Origin: an uncultured Gammaproteobacteria bacterium
GTDB taxonomy: Bacteria; Pseudomonadota; Gammaproteobacteria; Steroidobacterales; Rariloculaceae
NCBI GenBank assembly: GCA_963817615.1
Contig: CAWFPH010000003.1
Location: 30,718 to 94,717 of the forward strand
Reading direction: 5' to 3'
DNA: 64,000 nucleotides
Shown: in pieces, positions 44,591 to 54,929 of the stretch
Numbering within the stretch: position 1 is the first letter of the stretch
Layout of the letters: every line of letters starts with the position of its first letter
Position numbers and translations under genes: made by a program
The notes under the pieces: generated by a model
The model's input: only the letters and a program-made list of their open reading frames with translations
What the model was told of the DNA's origin: nothing
The model's database searches: none

Positions 44591-46072
44591 ATGGCCGAGT
44601 TTGGCGTCCCGGGGTTTTTCGGCAAGCTCCCGTCGCGCGGCGACTTCGTCAGTCGGCGCTTGCCGCCCGAGTTCGTAACCGGCTGGGATCGCTGGCTTCA
44701 GGCCGCTCTTGCGGCCAGCGAAGCGAAGCTCGGCGAGCAGTGGCTCGACGTGTATCTGACGAGTCCAATTTGGTGCTTCGCCTTATCGCCGGGGATCTGC
44801 GGCGACGTCGGCTATGCGGGCGTGATGATCCCGAGCGTCGACAAGGTCGGCCGATACTTTCCGCTCGTCGCGGCGCTTCCATGTGGCCGCGCTGCGCCGT
44901 TGGTTGTGCGCCGCGAGCTCGCTGCCTGGTATGCCGAGGCACAAGACCTGCTGTTGGAGACACTTGCCGACCCGCCGCTCGATGTCGAACAGCTCGATGT
45001 ACGGCTCGCGAATCTCGGTGCAGTCGGCGAGGTCACGTCGCTCGAATGGACGCCGCCGGCGACGTTTGACGAGCCGCGATCGCTTGCTTGGCGGTTTCTC
45101 GTGGCGGGGGCCACCTCCGGCGAGCTCGATTCGGCTGTGCTGTCGAGCATAGTCGTTCGCGACTCCGGTCGCTGCGGCGTCTGGTGGACCGAGGGTTCGG
45201 AGCGCGTCGGCGACTGTGTGCTGGTCGTGCCGGGGCTTCCGACCCCCGCCGCATACGGAGCGATGCTCGACGGCGAGTTCGACCCGACGGAGTGGAGCTG
45301 CGGCGTACTGCACGCCGGCGCCGCGTCTGCCCCGCCGGGTCAGGCAGTGTCGTCGGCCGCGCGCAGCGACACGGGTAAGGTGCGTGCAATCAACGAGGAC
45401 TCGTTCGCATGCAGGGACGACCGCGGCGTCTGGCTCGTGGCCGACGGTCTGGGCGGCCACCAGGCCGGCGATCTCGCGAGCCGCATGGTCGCGAGCATTG
45501 CCGACCAGATGCCGGCGTCGGGAACGCTCGAGGATCTCGTCGAATGTCTGAGACGCAACGCGCGTGTCGTCAACGGCTGTCTGCGAGTGCTGGCGGAGCT
45601 CAGCTCGGAGGTCACCTCGACGGGAAGCACGCTGGCCGCGCTGATCGTGGCGCGATCGAGAGCAGCCGCACTCTGGGCCGGCGACAGCCGCGTCTACCGG
45701 CTGCGTGCTGGGCAGTTGCAACAGCTCACGCGCGACCACGCCGAAGAGGTCGATGGGTGGTCCGCCGCCGAGCCGCACAATCGCGCCGTGACGCGCGCCG
45801 TCGGCGGCTCCGACGATTTGAACATCGACGTAGTCTATACGGGAGTCCAATTCGGTGACCGGTACCTGCTCTGCACCGACGGCCTATACACGACGATCAA
45901 CGACTCGGACATCGTACGAGCGCTCTCTTTGGACTCCATCGAGCACGCTTGCGATGAGCTCCAGCGAATTGCGCTCGAAGGCACGGCGAGCGACAACGTG
46001 ACGGCGGTCATCGTCCACGTGGCGGGTACCGCAGAACGCGAAAACGCGCCGGAGGACGGCGCACATGGATGA
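44591..46072 (+). CDS. tagF-pppA: TagF-PppA fusion (TagF domain plus PP2C Ser/Thr phosphatase)
   Basis: Intact 493 aa. The N-terminus FFGKLPSRGDFVSRRLP...YLTSPIWCFAL is TagF. The C-half has PP2C motifs (RSDTGKVRAINEDS, VADGLGGH, GDSRVYR, CTDGL, SDNVTAVIV). Confidence 0.85.
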   Translation: MAEFGVPGFFGKLPSRGDFVSRRLPPEFVTGWDRWLQAALAASEAKLGEQWLDVYLTSPIWCFALSPGICGDVGYAGVMIPSVDKVGRYFPLVAALPCGRAAPLVVRRELAAWYAEAQDLLLETLADPPLDVEQLDVRLANLGAVGEVTSLEWTPPATFDEPRSLAWRFLVAGATSGELDSAVLSSIVVRDSGRCGVWWTEGSERVGDCVLVVPGLPTPAAYGAMLDGEFDPTEWSCGVLHAGAASAPPGQAVSSAARSDTGKVRAINEDSFACRDDRGVWLVADGLGGHQAGDLASRMVASIADQMPASGTLEDLVECLRRNARVVNGCLRVLAELSSEVTSTGSTLAALIVARSRAAALWAGDSRVYRLRAGQLQQLTRDHAEEVDGWSAAEPHNRAVTRAVGGSDDLNIDVVYTGVQFGDRYLLCTDGLYTTINDSDIVRALSLDSIEHACDELQRIALEGTASDNVTAVIVHVAGTAERENAPEDGAHG

Positions 46073-47891
46073 GCGCATTTCTTCTGTCGAACGTTTCCTG
46101 CGCGGCGAGCTCACGCTCGCCGACCTCGAGCCGATTCTGCGGTCGGCCGCCACGTCGCAGGCTGCCGGGGACAGTGCCGCGGTTGCGCGCTACCTAGACG
46201 AGCTCTATCAGTCCGGCCGGCTGCCGTTGCAAGTCCATGCTTCGCTGATGGCGGCGGTTGCGGTCTCCGCGGACGGCACGGTGCGGCGTCACGCTGCCGA
46301 GCAGCAAGCGGCAGATTCGACGCGGATCGGCTCCCCGCCGGAGGAGCGTACGCGGATGGCGGCCTCCGGGCCGCACACGCCCGTTCAAGCAGCCTGGGAG
46401 CCGACGCGTGTCCGGCTGCCAGACGGGCAAAGCCACGTCGAGCCCGCGATCGATTCCACGCGCGTTCGGCGACCGGAGACGGCCGAGGAGAGCCTGCGCT
46501 GGCAGACATCGGTGGTCGAGCGCACGGCCGGCCCGGGTGCGGCGACGATGCCGACGTCGACTGGATCGAACTGGGCGCACCCCGAGCAATGGACGCAGCG
46601 ACACGAAGGACCACTCGGCCCAGGCTCGGTGATCAAGGAGCGGTTCGTATTGGAGTCCGTGCTAGGTCAGGGAGGCATGGGCGTCGTCTACAAGGCGCTC
46701 GACCGCCGCAAGCAGGAGGCGCGCGACCGCGATCCGTACGTCGCGCTCAAGATTCTCAACGAGGAATTCCGCCAACACCCCGATTCCCTCATCGCGTTGC
46801 AGCGCGAGGCCGTCAGAGCGCAGACGCTGTCACATCCGAACATCATCAACGTGTTCGATTTCGATCGCGACGGCACCGTCGTGTTCATGCCGATGGAGCT
46901 GCTCGAAGGCCAGCCGCTCAACCGCCTGATCTCTGCGAACAAGACGGCCGGCGTCGCCAAGGAACGAGCCGTGGCGTTGATTCGCGCAATGACCGAGGCG
47001 CTCGCGTACGCGCACAAGAAGGGGATCGTGCATTCGGACCTCAAGCCGAGCAACGTGTTTTTGACGCGCACCGACGAGATCAAAGTGCTCGACTTCGGAA
47101 TCGCGCGCGCGGTGACCACGGATCTGCGGCCGGCGGCGGACGACACGGTGTTCGATGCGGCCAAGCTCGGTGCGCTGACACCCGCGTATGCGAGCGCGGA
47201 AATGCTACGCGGAGAGCCGCCGCTTCCGGCGGACGATGTGTTCGCGCTCGGAGTCATTGCGTACGAGCTTTTGAGCGGTCGTCATCCGTTCGATCGTGAG
47301 CCGGCAGACGCCGCTCGCATGCGCGGGTTGACTGCCGCGCCCCTCACCGGCGTCACGCGCCGTCAGCGCAAGGCAATCGCCAAGGCGCTATCGCTCGAGC
47401 GGTCCGACCGTCAACCCGACGCGCGTTCGTTCCTTCGCGAATTCGAGGGCCCGACGCCGATTCGCAAGTCCGTCTACGCAGCGATCGGCGTCTTGGCCAT
47501 CGCGCTGCTCTACGCGCTTTATCTCAATTTGCAGGTCAGGCCGGACGTTCCGTTCGAAAGTCTGTCGACGCAGGACCAAGAGCGCTTTCTCGACGCCGTC
47601 GCGCACGGCGACGCCGCCCTGCGGATCGGTGACACGACGTTGGACGATGCGCTCGAAGCCTACTCCACGGCGTATGAGATACATCGAAACAATCCGGCTG
47701 CCATTGCAGGGCTCGAAGAGGTCGCGAAACGTACTCTCGCGGCCATGGCAGTGAACGACCACAACCAGCAGGAACGCGCTGTCCGGCGTCTTTTTTGCCA
47801 GGAGTACTTGTCCACGTATAGGCCGGTGGTGCGCGCTTGCGAGGCCGTGCACGGTGCGCCGTGCTCGGCCCAAGCCATGCGCTGCGACTGA
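46065..47891 (+). CDS. ppkA: Hanks-type Ser/Thr kinase (PpkA-position), atypical architecture
   Basis: Intact 608 aa, with an 8-nt overlap with the preceding gene. The kinase domain is central (GQGGMGVVYKA, VALKIL, HSDLKPSNVF, DFGIAR) and follows an N-terminal extension of about 190 aa. One TM helix (VYAAIGVLAIALLYALYL), then a C-terminal domain of about 110 aa. Confidence 0.85.
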   Translation: MDERISSVERFLRGELTLADLEPILRSAATSQAAGDSAAVARYLDELYQSGRLPLQVHASLMAAVAVSADGTVRRHAAEQQAADSTRIGSPPEERTRMAASGPHTPVQAAWEPTRVRLPDGQSHVEPAIDSTRVRRPETAEESLRWQTSVVERTAGPGAATMPTSTGSNWAHPEQWTQRHEGPLGPGSVIKERFVLESVLGQGGMGVVYKALDRRKQEARDRDPYVALKILNEEFRQHPDSLIALQREAVRAQTLSHPNIINVFDFDRDGTVVFMPMELLEGQPLNRLISANKTAGVAKERAVALIRAMTEALAYAHKKGIVHSDLKPSNVFLTRTDEIKVLDFGIARAVTTDLRPAADDTVFDAAKLGALTPAYASAEMLRGEPPLPADDVFALGVIAYELLSGRHPFDREPADAARMRGLTAAPLTGVTRRQRKAIAKALSLERSDRQPDARSFLREFEGPTPIRKSVYAAIGVLAIALLYALYLNLQVRPDVPFESLSTQDQERFLDAVAHGDAALRIGDTTLDDALEAYSTAYEIHRNNPAAIAGLEEVAKRTLAAMAVNDHNQQERAVRRLFCQEYLSTYRPVVRACEAVHGAPCSAQAMRCD

Positions 47892-47959
47892 GCCGTGCTT
47901 CGTCGCGGTGCGCAGTTCGAGGCAAAATGCGCCTCTCGTTGCGACGTCCGGCCGTTCGT

Positions 47960-47988
47960 TTGACATCCAATTTGTCGAGCATTAGTGT
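47960..47988 (+). promoter_or_regulatory. sigma70-type promoter candidate for the 48.0-55.4 kb operon
   Basis: TTGACA (47960-47965), 17-nt spacer, TAGTGT (47983-47988), within a locally AT-richer stretch. Confidence 0.4.
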
Positions 47989-48034
47989 GCTTGGGCCGAA
48001 CAAACAAAAATCCAAACCGCGGGCCACTTCTCCC

Positions 48035-49666
48035 GTGAACCCCTTACTGCCACAGCGCGTTGCCGCCCTCGTCGGGGCCGCCGTTGCCCTGCTGCCGCTG
48101 ACGCTGCTCGCGCAAAAGGCGCAGGACGCCGCGCGCGAGGGTTACACGGCCGTTCAGGATTTGCAGATTGTCGACTGCTTGTTGCCCGGGCAAGTGCGGG
48201 TGGTCGGCGGTCGCACCTATCTCACGCCCCGACGGCCTGCGCGCACGACCGCAGCCAATTGCCGGAGCGCCGGTGGCGAATACCTCGATTACGATCGCGC
48301 GGACGCCAAGTCCGCATTGAACGTTTGGATGGCCGCCGCCCAGAGCGGCGATGCAGAAGCCCAAACGAACGTCGGCGAGATCTACGAGCGCGGGACCGGT
48401 GCGCAACCGGACTACCAGGCTGCCGCCGTATGGTACCGAAAGGCCGCGGAGCAGAATTACCGGCGCGCGCAGTACGACCTCGGCGCTTTGTACGAGCGCG
48501 GCTTGGGCGTGCCGGCGGACCCGCTCGAGGCGTTGAATTGGTACCGTCGCTCGTGGGGGCTACCCGCCGATTCGGTGATCTGGAAGACGGCGGCGACCGC
48601 CGAGGAGGAGAAGCTCAGGTCGGATCTTAAGACCCAGATCGCGCAGCAAGACAAAGAGATTACAACGCTGCGCGAGCAGGTCGACGAGCTCACCAAGAAG
48701 CTCCGCGCGGAGGGCAAACAGGCGTCGGACCAGATCGACGTGCTGAACGGGCTCGTCGCTCGCCTCACGCAGACGCGGGACGCGGATTCCGCGCGGCTCG
48801 CGGATCTCCCGCCGCCGGCCGGCGCCGCGCCGCCCGCCGAAGGCAAGTTCACGGATCGCGAAAGCCGTACGTATCACCAAAAGGATTTCGGGCGCTTCTT
48901 CGCATTGATCATAGGCGTTCAGGATTACGACAAGCTCGAGCCGTTGTCGTCGCCGTTGAGCGATATCGCGAAGCTCAAAGCCGTGCTCGAGAACCGCTAC
49001 GGGTTCAGCGTGAAGGCACTGCCGAATCCGACGAATCTCGCGCTCATGTTGGCCGTCAACGAGCTCAGCTGCGGGGACGACAAGAAGGGGAAGGACGCGA
49101 ACGAGCATTCGTGCCTCCGGGACTCCGACAATTTGTTGATCTACTTCACCGGTCGGGGGAGTCGCTTGCATAGCGGGGAGACGGAGACGGGTTATTGGCT
49201 TCCCACAAATGCCGATCAGCCGCCGAACGATACGCTTTGGGTGCCGAATGATTTCATCACGCGACACCTTGGGCGCATTGCGGCGAAGCGCGTGCTCGTT
49301 ATCTCCGACTCTTCCTATGCCGATCTGCTCGCCTCCGAGCCCGGGCTGCTGATGGTAGGCGACGGCCGCTACGGCGACGATTACATTCAGTACAAGTTGC
49401 CGAAGCGGTCGCGATTGCTGTTGGCTTCAGGAGGCGATCAGCCGGTCCCCGACGGCGGAGCCGACAACGAGTCCGTCTTCGCTCATGCCTTGCTGACCGT
49501 GCTGCAGACCAACGATCAGGTGCTCACCGCGCCCGAGCTGTATCTGCGAGTTCGCGACCAACTCAAGCGATCGCAGTCCTCGTCGGCAAGTATCAAGGAG
49601 CCGGAGCTCAAAGCGATCAAAGCCGCCGGACACGAAGTCGGTGATTTCTTCTTCGTACCGGGTTGA
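48035..49666 (+). CDS. secreted Sel1-repeat / coiled-coil / caspase-like (peptidase C14 fold) protein with substituted catalytic dyad
   Basis: ORF 47837..49666 trimmed to GTG 48035, giving signal peptide (M)NPLLPQRVAALVGAAVALLPLTLLAQ. Sel1 repeats (AQTNVGEIYERGTG...AAVWYRKAAEQ...AQYDLGALYERGLG), a coiled coil, then a caspase-like block FALIIGVQDY...LLIYFTGRGS...VLVISDSSYA. Confidence 0.75.
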   Translation: MNPLLPQRVAALVGAAVALLPLTLLAQKAQDAAREGYTAVQDLQIVDCLLPGQVRVVGGRTYLTPRRPARTTAANCRSAGGEYLDYDRADAKSALNVWMAAAQSGDAEAQTNVGEIYERGTGAQPDYQAAAVWYRKAAEQNYRRAQYDLGALYERGLGVPADPLEALNWYRRSWGLPADSVIWKTAATAEEEKLRSDLKTQIAQQDKEITTLREQVDELTKKLRAEGKQASDQIDVLNGLVARLTQTRDADSARLADLPPPAGAAPPAEGKFTDRESRTYHQKDFGRFFALIIGVQDYDKLEPLSSPLSDIAKLKAVLENRYGFSVKALPNPTNLALMLAVNELSCGDDKKGKDANEHSCLRDSDNLLIYFTGRGSRLHSGETETGYWLPTNADQPPNDTLWVPNDFITRHLGRIAAKRVLVISDSSYADLLASEPGLLMVGDGRYGDDYIQYKLPKRSRLLLASGGDQPVPDGGADNESVFAHALLTVLQTNDQVLTAPELYLRVRDQLKRSQSSSASIKEPELKAIKAAGHEVGDFFFVPG

Positions 49667-49715
49667 AGCTTCGTTGCCACTCGAGAACGACTTCAGTGAC
49701 AAAGGAACGATAGTC

Positions 49716-51383
49716 ATGCCGAAGCGACGGGACACGGGTTCTGGCCAATTTCTCGAGAGCCTGGCGGCGCTCGCATGCGGACGAGGACCGGGTGCGTGCG
49801 GCGACACTGTGCGCCGGCAGGGGTTCGCGCGATCGCTGCGCGTGCGCGCGGTGCCGATAGCGCTCGCGGTCTGCTGCGCGAGCGTCGCATTTGCCCAGAC
49901 CAACCAGGGTAATTTGGGGCCGGGTCTGAACGGGCTGACTTACGAGAACGAGATCGAACGCGGCGCGGCGGCGGCAAACGAGGTTGTGTTTCGCTCGCTC
50001 GACAGCGACTGCAACCCGAACGGTGTGCTCGACCGGCTGCCGGCGCCTCAGTACAGCGACATCGTGAACCCGGGGCCAAGCTGCACGCAGGACACGTTCT
50101 TCGTTTATCTGAATTCCCGGGAGTTGTTCGAGACGGCAAACGAGCTGCAAGACCAAGGACCGACGGTCGCGAGCCTCGGGCTCGATCAAACGGGATTGGG
50201 GTTGGCTCTGCGGTGGACCGCGGCGGAGGAGATCGCGGCGTTGGGGTCCGCCGCCACCAAGTTCGCGAATAGCCAAATGTCGACGCTCGCGGCGCGGCTC
50301 ACGGCGTTGCGTTTCGGCGCGACCGGTTTTCAGACGGCGGCGTTCTACGATCGGCTGCGCGGCGAATCGCCGTTGCTCGCGCAGAACGGTGATGCACCGG
50401 CTGCGGAGACGAACGGGGAGAAATACAGCCCGTGGGGCGGCTTCCTGAATTACGGTTTCGGCTACGGTGAGAAGGCGCCGACTGCGCTCGAGGACGCGTT
50501 CGACTTCGACGGCTCCGAGACCACGCTCGGAGTCGATTATCGGCTTCGCAGCAACCTCGTGTTGGGAGGCGTCGTGGGGCTGTCGCGGCAAAGAATCGAT
50601 TTCGACCCGGCCGCGAGCGCGATCAGCGTAGTGGATGGCAACGTCAAAACGGACGGCAACAGCTTCATGGTTTTCGCGCTTGCCCAAGGCAAGCGGATGA
50701 CGATCAGCGGCTCGTTGGGCACGCAAACGCTGGACTATGCAGTGGAGCGCAACATCCAGTACCCGTCCTTCAACCCGAACACGCCGAGCGTGTACTCGGT
50801 CGCGAACAGCAAACCGAGCGCAGACGTCAACACCGCTAGTTTCTCGTTCAGCTACGCCTTCACGTGGGGTAAGTTCACGTTGGAGCCGCTCCTGAACGTG
50901 GACCGGCTCGATGTCACGATCGGCTCGTTCGCGGAGCAGCGCAGCATCAACAAGCTCAGTGCGCAGAATGTCAGTCGTCGCTTCGATCTCGTCGTATCGC
51001 GGCAGGACATCGAGAGCTTGAAGACGTCGGTCGGCGCCAGGTTCCAGTACGTGGTGACGCCAAGGTTCGGCGTGATCGTGCCGTACTGGAGCGTGGCCGG
51101 CTATCACGAGTCGCGCGACGGTTCGCGCACGATCACGGCAGGCTACGCTGCGCTCGCCAACATACTCGGGAGCACGACCTTCGCCCTGCCGACCGATGCT
51201 CCGGACAAGCAGTACCTCATGGCGGCCGCGGGGGCGTCTGCGGTGCTGCGGGGCGGGCGTCAGCGCAAGGCGGGCGGCCCGATCGCCGGCGGCGCGTCGG
51301 GTTTTCTGCAGTTCCAGACGGTCAAGGATCTACAGAACTACACCGACAACGTGCTAACAGCCGGTTTCCGTTACGAGTTTTGA
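49716..51383 (+). CDS. autotransporter-type outer-membrane beta-barrel protein
   Basis: ORF 49641..51383 trimmed to ATG 49716 (AAGGAA SD). Signal peptide ...AVCCASVAFAQ, a passenger of about 230 aa, alternating beta-strand pattern, and a C-terminal GFRYEF. Confidence 0.75.
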   Translation: MPKRRDTGSGQFLESLAALACGRGPGACGDTVRRQGFARSLRVRAVPIALAVCCASVAFAQTNQGNLGPGLNGLTYENEIERGAAAANEVVFRSLDSDCNPNGVLDRLPAPQYSDIVNPGPSCTQDTFFVYLNSRELFETANELQDQGPTVASLGLDQTGLGLALRWTAAEEIAALGSAATKFANSQMSTLAARLTALRFGATGFQTAAFYDRLRGESPLLAQNGDAPAAETNGEKYSPWGGFLNYGFGYGEKAPTALEDAFDFDGSETTLGVDYRLRSNLVLGGVVGLSRQRIDFDPAASAISVVDGNVKTDGNSFMVFALAQGKRMTISGSLGTQTLDYAVERNIQYPSFNPNTPSVYSVANSKPSADVNTASFSFSYAFTWGKFTLEPLLNVDRLDVTIGSFAEQRSINKLSAQNVSRRFDLVVSRQDIESLKTSVGARFQYVVTPRFGVIVPYWSVAGYHESRDGSRTITAGYAALANILGSTTFALPTDAPDKQYLMAAAGASAVLRGGRQRKAGGPIAGGASGFLQFQTVKDLQNYTDNVLTAGFRYEF

Positions 51384-51446
51384 AGTGCTTGAGCAGCCAA
51401 GGACGCAGAGCCTGGAATCAAGAAGAGCAAGAAGGACAAGCGACCG

Positions 51447-54400
51447 ATGAATGAGCGGAAGTGTGGTTTCGTGTTCATGCTGGTCTGCGCGGTTGGCCTT
51501 GCGGCGGCCGGGTGCAGCAGCGGTTCCGGCGGCAGCAAGGTCGGCAAGCAGACGAATTCGCCGCCGGTCGCGCGCGCCCTAGTGCTCAACAGCGGGGACA
51601 GCAACACGGTGCGGGAAGGCGCGGAGGTGCTCCTGAGCGGGCGCGACAGCGATGACGCCGACGGCCCCGTGCTGACATGGGAGTGGACGGCGCCGCCGGG
51701 CGTCGACCTCGTGACTCGGTCCAAGACCACCGTGAGCTTCACTGCTCCGCACGTGGACGCGCCGACCACGCTGACGTTCTCGTTGAAAGTGACCGATGCG
51801 GACTTCACGAGCGCCACGACCAACGATCGACGTGCAAGTGGTGCCGGCAGACGATCAAAACCTATTTCTCGAGACCAGCGCGGCGGACCAGCCGGCCCCC
51901 GACCGATTTTCGGTAACGGCCGCGCTGCGACCCCGAGAAACGGCCGGGCTTTTGGATGGCCCGTTCACGGTATCGCTCAAAGCCACCGTTACCTATCTGA
52001 ATCGCGCGAACGGCCAGGAAACGGTCGACCTCGACGTGCCGGCGTTCGCGACGCCGATCTCGGGCGTTTGGCGAGCCAATGAGACGATCACTTGCACAGC
52101 GGGCCAAGCCGAAACGGACTGTATGCGCGCGTCATTCGTCAATCCCCACTACGAGTTTCAGGTGCCGCGTCTCGATATCGCCGACCTGAACCAGCGTTTT
52201 CTGGCGTCCGGTGAGCTCGATCGACAATTGGACCCGGATCGTGCCGACACGGCCGTCGTCCAGATCACGGCGACCCTCGACGCCGCCGAACTGCAAGACA
52301 AGGCGAGGCTATTGATCTCGACGGGCAACACCGTCATTGCGGAGTCGCCGGGCGCGATCATCGGCGTTGCCGACTCGGTGATGCTTTCGGCCGACACGCT
52401 GTTGGCCGGCATTGGCGGGGAAGAGCATCGCGATACCGCCGATGCCTACTATCGCACGATAGATCCGCAGAATCGTCGCACGACGTTGAACGATTGGCTG
52501 TTCCTAGCGGGCTTCGCTCAGGACAACAAGGGCAGCTTGAAGCCGGACGCCGTCAGTGGAGTGGGCGAGTTCGCGCACGCGAAGTACACCAACAACTTCG
52601 ACCTCGGGTTCGGCCGCGACATGTATATGCGAACCGACCCGTCGGGAGACGTGTATGCGTTCGTAGTGAACTACCCGACGCTCGAGGCGGCGATCAAGAA
52701 CATCGACAACTTCGTTGCCGTCGTAATGGAATTCACGCCGCCGGACGATACGGCGCTCGAGGCGAGCTGCGCTACCAAGGGTCGATTCGTAAAGTTCCTC
52801 ACGTTCGTGCCGGACAATTCCGGCAATGCGCCGCGTGTGGGTTCGATGAACTTCGACGGGCGCGGTGAGCGTTACACGCCGGGTAATTGCATTGCTTGTC
52901 ACGGCGGCGACGTCGCGAATCTCGACCAACTTGTCGCCGCCGGCAACTCGAACCAGATGGTTTATCGGAACTGCGGAGATACCAACGCCGCTTTCATGCT
53001 CTGGGACCTGGATTCGTTCTTGTACAGCGACACCGATCCGGCAATCGCGAACGGCGTGCCGAAATTCGGCGGTGCGAGCCTTTTGGACGAAACGGATCCG
53101 GCTCATAAGTATTCCAGGCAGGCTCAAGAGGAGCAGTTCCGCAAGCTCAACGCCGGTGCTTTGCAAACTTACGAGACGTTCGCGACCGAAGGCGGCGATC
53201 CGAATCGCGTCGCGGCGGCGATGGCGCTCGTGCATGGCTGGTATCACGATCGAACGACGGTAGCCGGGACGCCGTTCGATGGCACTTATACGCCGGACGG
53301 TTGGAACACCTCGCCCGCGGTGGCAGACGCGTATCAGAACGGCTTCGCGCGCTATTGCCGCGCGTGCCACACGATGCTTGCCGACAGCAGCAAGCACTTC
53401 GACAGCTACGACAACTTCACGATCGACCCCATGAGCCAGACCCCGCGTGATCTCGAAGACATCGTCTATCGTCGCGGTGTCATGCCGCTCGCGCGGCTGT
53501 CGATGGACCGCTTCTGGGTGCCCTTTCATGGCACCGCCGTGCCGGCCGAGACGTTGGCGAACGTGCTCGCAGCGGATATCGGACTCGATCCGACTGCGCG
53601 CCCCGGCGCGCCCGTATTCCAGATTACACGTACGCCGGATCCGGCCAAGGAACGCGACATCGTGCGATTGAACGCAGCCGACAGCGCGTTCGTTCGCTCG
53701 CCGCAATGGACCGCACTCGCGAGCACGGCTAACGGCGCCTGCGAGCAACCCACGCTATCGGGTGCGAACACGATGGAGGTTGCATTCCGTGCGGCGACGC
53801 CGGGGCACTATTGCATCCAACTCGCGAGCGGGGCGAGCTCGCGGGTCGAGGAATTCGATGTCAACGCAGACGCTCCGCCGGTGCGCGTTCAGAAGACCGC
53901 GTTGACAATAGACGAGAACGCCGGGCCGACCGCCATCGATCTCGAATACAGCGATGCGGACGATCCGCCGGCGAATCTCGTCTATTCGCTTGTCAGTGCG
54001 TTGAACGGGACGGTGAGTCTCAACGGTGTTGCTCTCGCATCGGGCGACACCTTCACGCAGCAGCAAATCTCTGCGGGGCTTGTGCGTTTCAAGCCAAGCC
54101 TAGGCGGCGTGAACCTCGCGGCAGGTGTGCTCGTCGATGGCGGCTTGGACTACACGCTTACCGATGGGATCACCGTGCTCGGACCGCCCGCGCTGCAATA
54201 CCGCGTGAACATTCTCGGCGTAAACGACGGGCAACCGACCGTGACCGTTTCACCGGTCACCGCATCGCAGCTCGTGTTCGGCGGCAACGTGTCGATTGGC
54301 GCCAGCAGAATCAGCGCGAGCGATCCAGACACCGCTGCGGCCGGTCTGACGGTATCGATCTCCGTAGCGGGGACTCCCGCCGGCACGGTCACGCCGGCGT

Positions 54401-54906
54401 CCTTGACTTATCAGCAGATACTGAACGGGTCTTCGTTCACGTATCACCACCTTGGAGCTTTCCCGATCGACCTCAGCGATCAGCTGCAGGTGGTTGTGAG
54501 TGACGGAACGAACACGAGTAGCCCCGTACCGCTTGCGGTGACCGCGCGAGTCTCGTTCGCGCAGAACGTCATCCCGGTGATGACGAGCGCCACCGGTAAC
54601 GCCGACACCAACAGCTGCATGTCTTGTCACTCGACCGCGGGTCCGGGGCCCGCTTTTGGCACCGGCACCGGGCCCTACACGGTCACCTATACGGCGGTGG
54701 ACAATGAGGTCGTCGGCACGTTGCCTGCAGGTGAACCCGCATGCAATGCCACGCCGGGTACGGCCGCGAGCGCGCTGCTGCGCAGGCCGAGCGGCTTGGA
54801 TGGGCATAGCGGGGGAGTTCGTGCCGGATTCGGCCTCAATGGAAATCTGAATAACTACGAGCTGTTCAGGACTTGGATCTGCGGCTTCGGAGCCGGCAAC
54901 AACTGA
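51447..54906 (+). pseudogene. large lipoprotein (about 1150 aa) with PKD-like and cadherin-like domains and three CxxCH motifs, 1 frame change
   Basis: Lipobox LAAAGC. The PKD-like N-domain (ORF 51447..52082) joins ORF 51796..54906 after a change near 51812 (...FTSATTN | IDVQVVPADDQ...). Motifs CIACHG, CRACHT, CMSCHS. Confidence 0.7.
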
Positions 54907-54929
54907 CGGCGAGCGCGGAGGTTTCACGA

